A stretch of DNA of 36,711 nucleotides, from positions 3,754,282 through 3,790,992 of the forward strand of contig NW_003526941.1 of assembly GCF_000181795.1 (NCBI RefSeq). Reading direction: 5' to 3'. This DNA comes from Trichinella spiralis (lineage: Eukaryota). The position numbers and the translations under genes were made by a program. Below the pieces are notes generated by a model. It saw only the letters and a program-made list of their open reading frames with translations. It was not told the DNA's origin and did no database searches. This document shows positions 36,238-36,711 of this stretch, piece by piece. Position 1 is the stretch's first letter, and each line of letters begins with the position of its first letter.

Positions 36238-36711
36238 TTATAAATTTGTTTTTAATTTTTCAAGCACCACCCCACTGCACATGCTGCATGTTGTTCTTCT
36301 GCTGGTCAAATATTCCAGCTTTCTTCTGGGACTTTTCGAACAGGCAAAGCAAAATCTTAATCGGATAACTTTAACTGTATGTTCTGAACCGTCCAAGCGA
36401 TAATTGGGAACTCTGGCGAAAATAACAAGTCCAATACCAACCACATTGTCTTCTCTGTCGACAGATAGATACATGTCCAACAATTCTTAGTTCCACTTCG
36501 TATTGTATTTTTTGTCAATAATATTATTGCACATGCTGTTAATCGACAATTCTTCCTCTTCTCCAGCGGTAATGGAAAAGTTCAACTGGCACTTGTTGTT
36601 CCATCACACAAATGCATTGAAAATCTAAAATTTGCTATTATTATGCAAAATATAATGTGCACAACAAGCGCAACTTTGATGCTACGCAACGAAAGAATCT
36701 ACACTGTTCTT
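36238..36711 (-). pseudogene. Possible highly degenerate piggyBac-like transposase 3' remnant
   Basis: One minus frame with several stops reads KNSVDSF...IFNAFV*W...RFCFACSKSPRRK...RRTTCSMC, loosely like piggyBac KGGVD...NAF...CxxC...CxxC. No TIR was found. Confidence 0.25.

Noticed and set aside
1..36711. CRISPR arrays, prokaryotic operons, tRNA/rRNA genes, U12-type introns
   Set aside because: The sequence is spliceosomal-intron eukaryotic DNA. No repeat-spacer array, cloverleaf, rRNA motif or RTATCCTT donor at a used junction was seen.

Overview
AT-rich eukaryotic genomic DNA with many short GT-AG introns (about 45-120 nt), TTTTCAG/TTTTAG-type acceptors just upstream of start codons, and (TA)n/(AAT)n microsatellites. 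The style is nematode-like and probably clade I (Trichinella-like); this is an inference. Genes built by hand: 3' part of FARSA (+), intronless ELP5 (+), cyclophilin PPIL3 (-), a ~660-aa BIR-less BRUCE/BIRC6-type E2 (-), a secreted GM2-activator/ML protein (-), a Ser/Thr-rich protein ending in an RGS3-type C2 domain (-), an 18-exon ~1630-aa TPR/Megator-like coiled-coil protein (+) and a 26-exon THADA/Trm732 homologue (+). The most striking structure is a 1915-bp TGT...ACA DNA transposon (Ginger2/GingerRoot-like, KRBA2/SCAND3-type integrase) inserted into the (TA)n of THADA intron 1. Its 5' part appears to be replaced by an antisense piggyBac transposase fragment, and its three premature stops are all TGA at probable CGA codons. 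Also noted: two candidate trans-spliced operons, two GC-AG introns, an (AT)n-linked frame break in the C2 gene, and two candidate structured RNAs. All homology calls come from recalled motifs; no searches were run.
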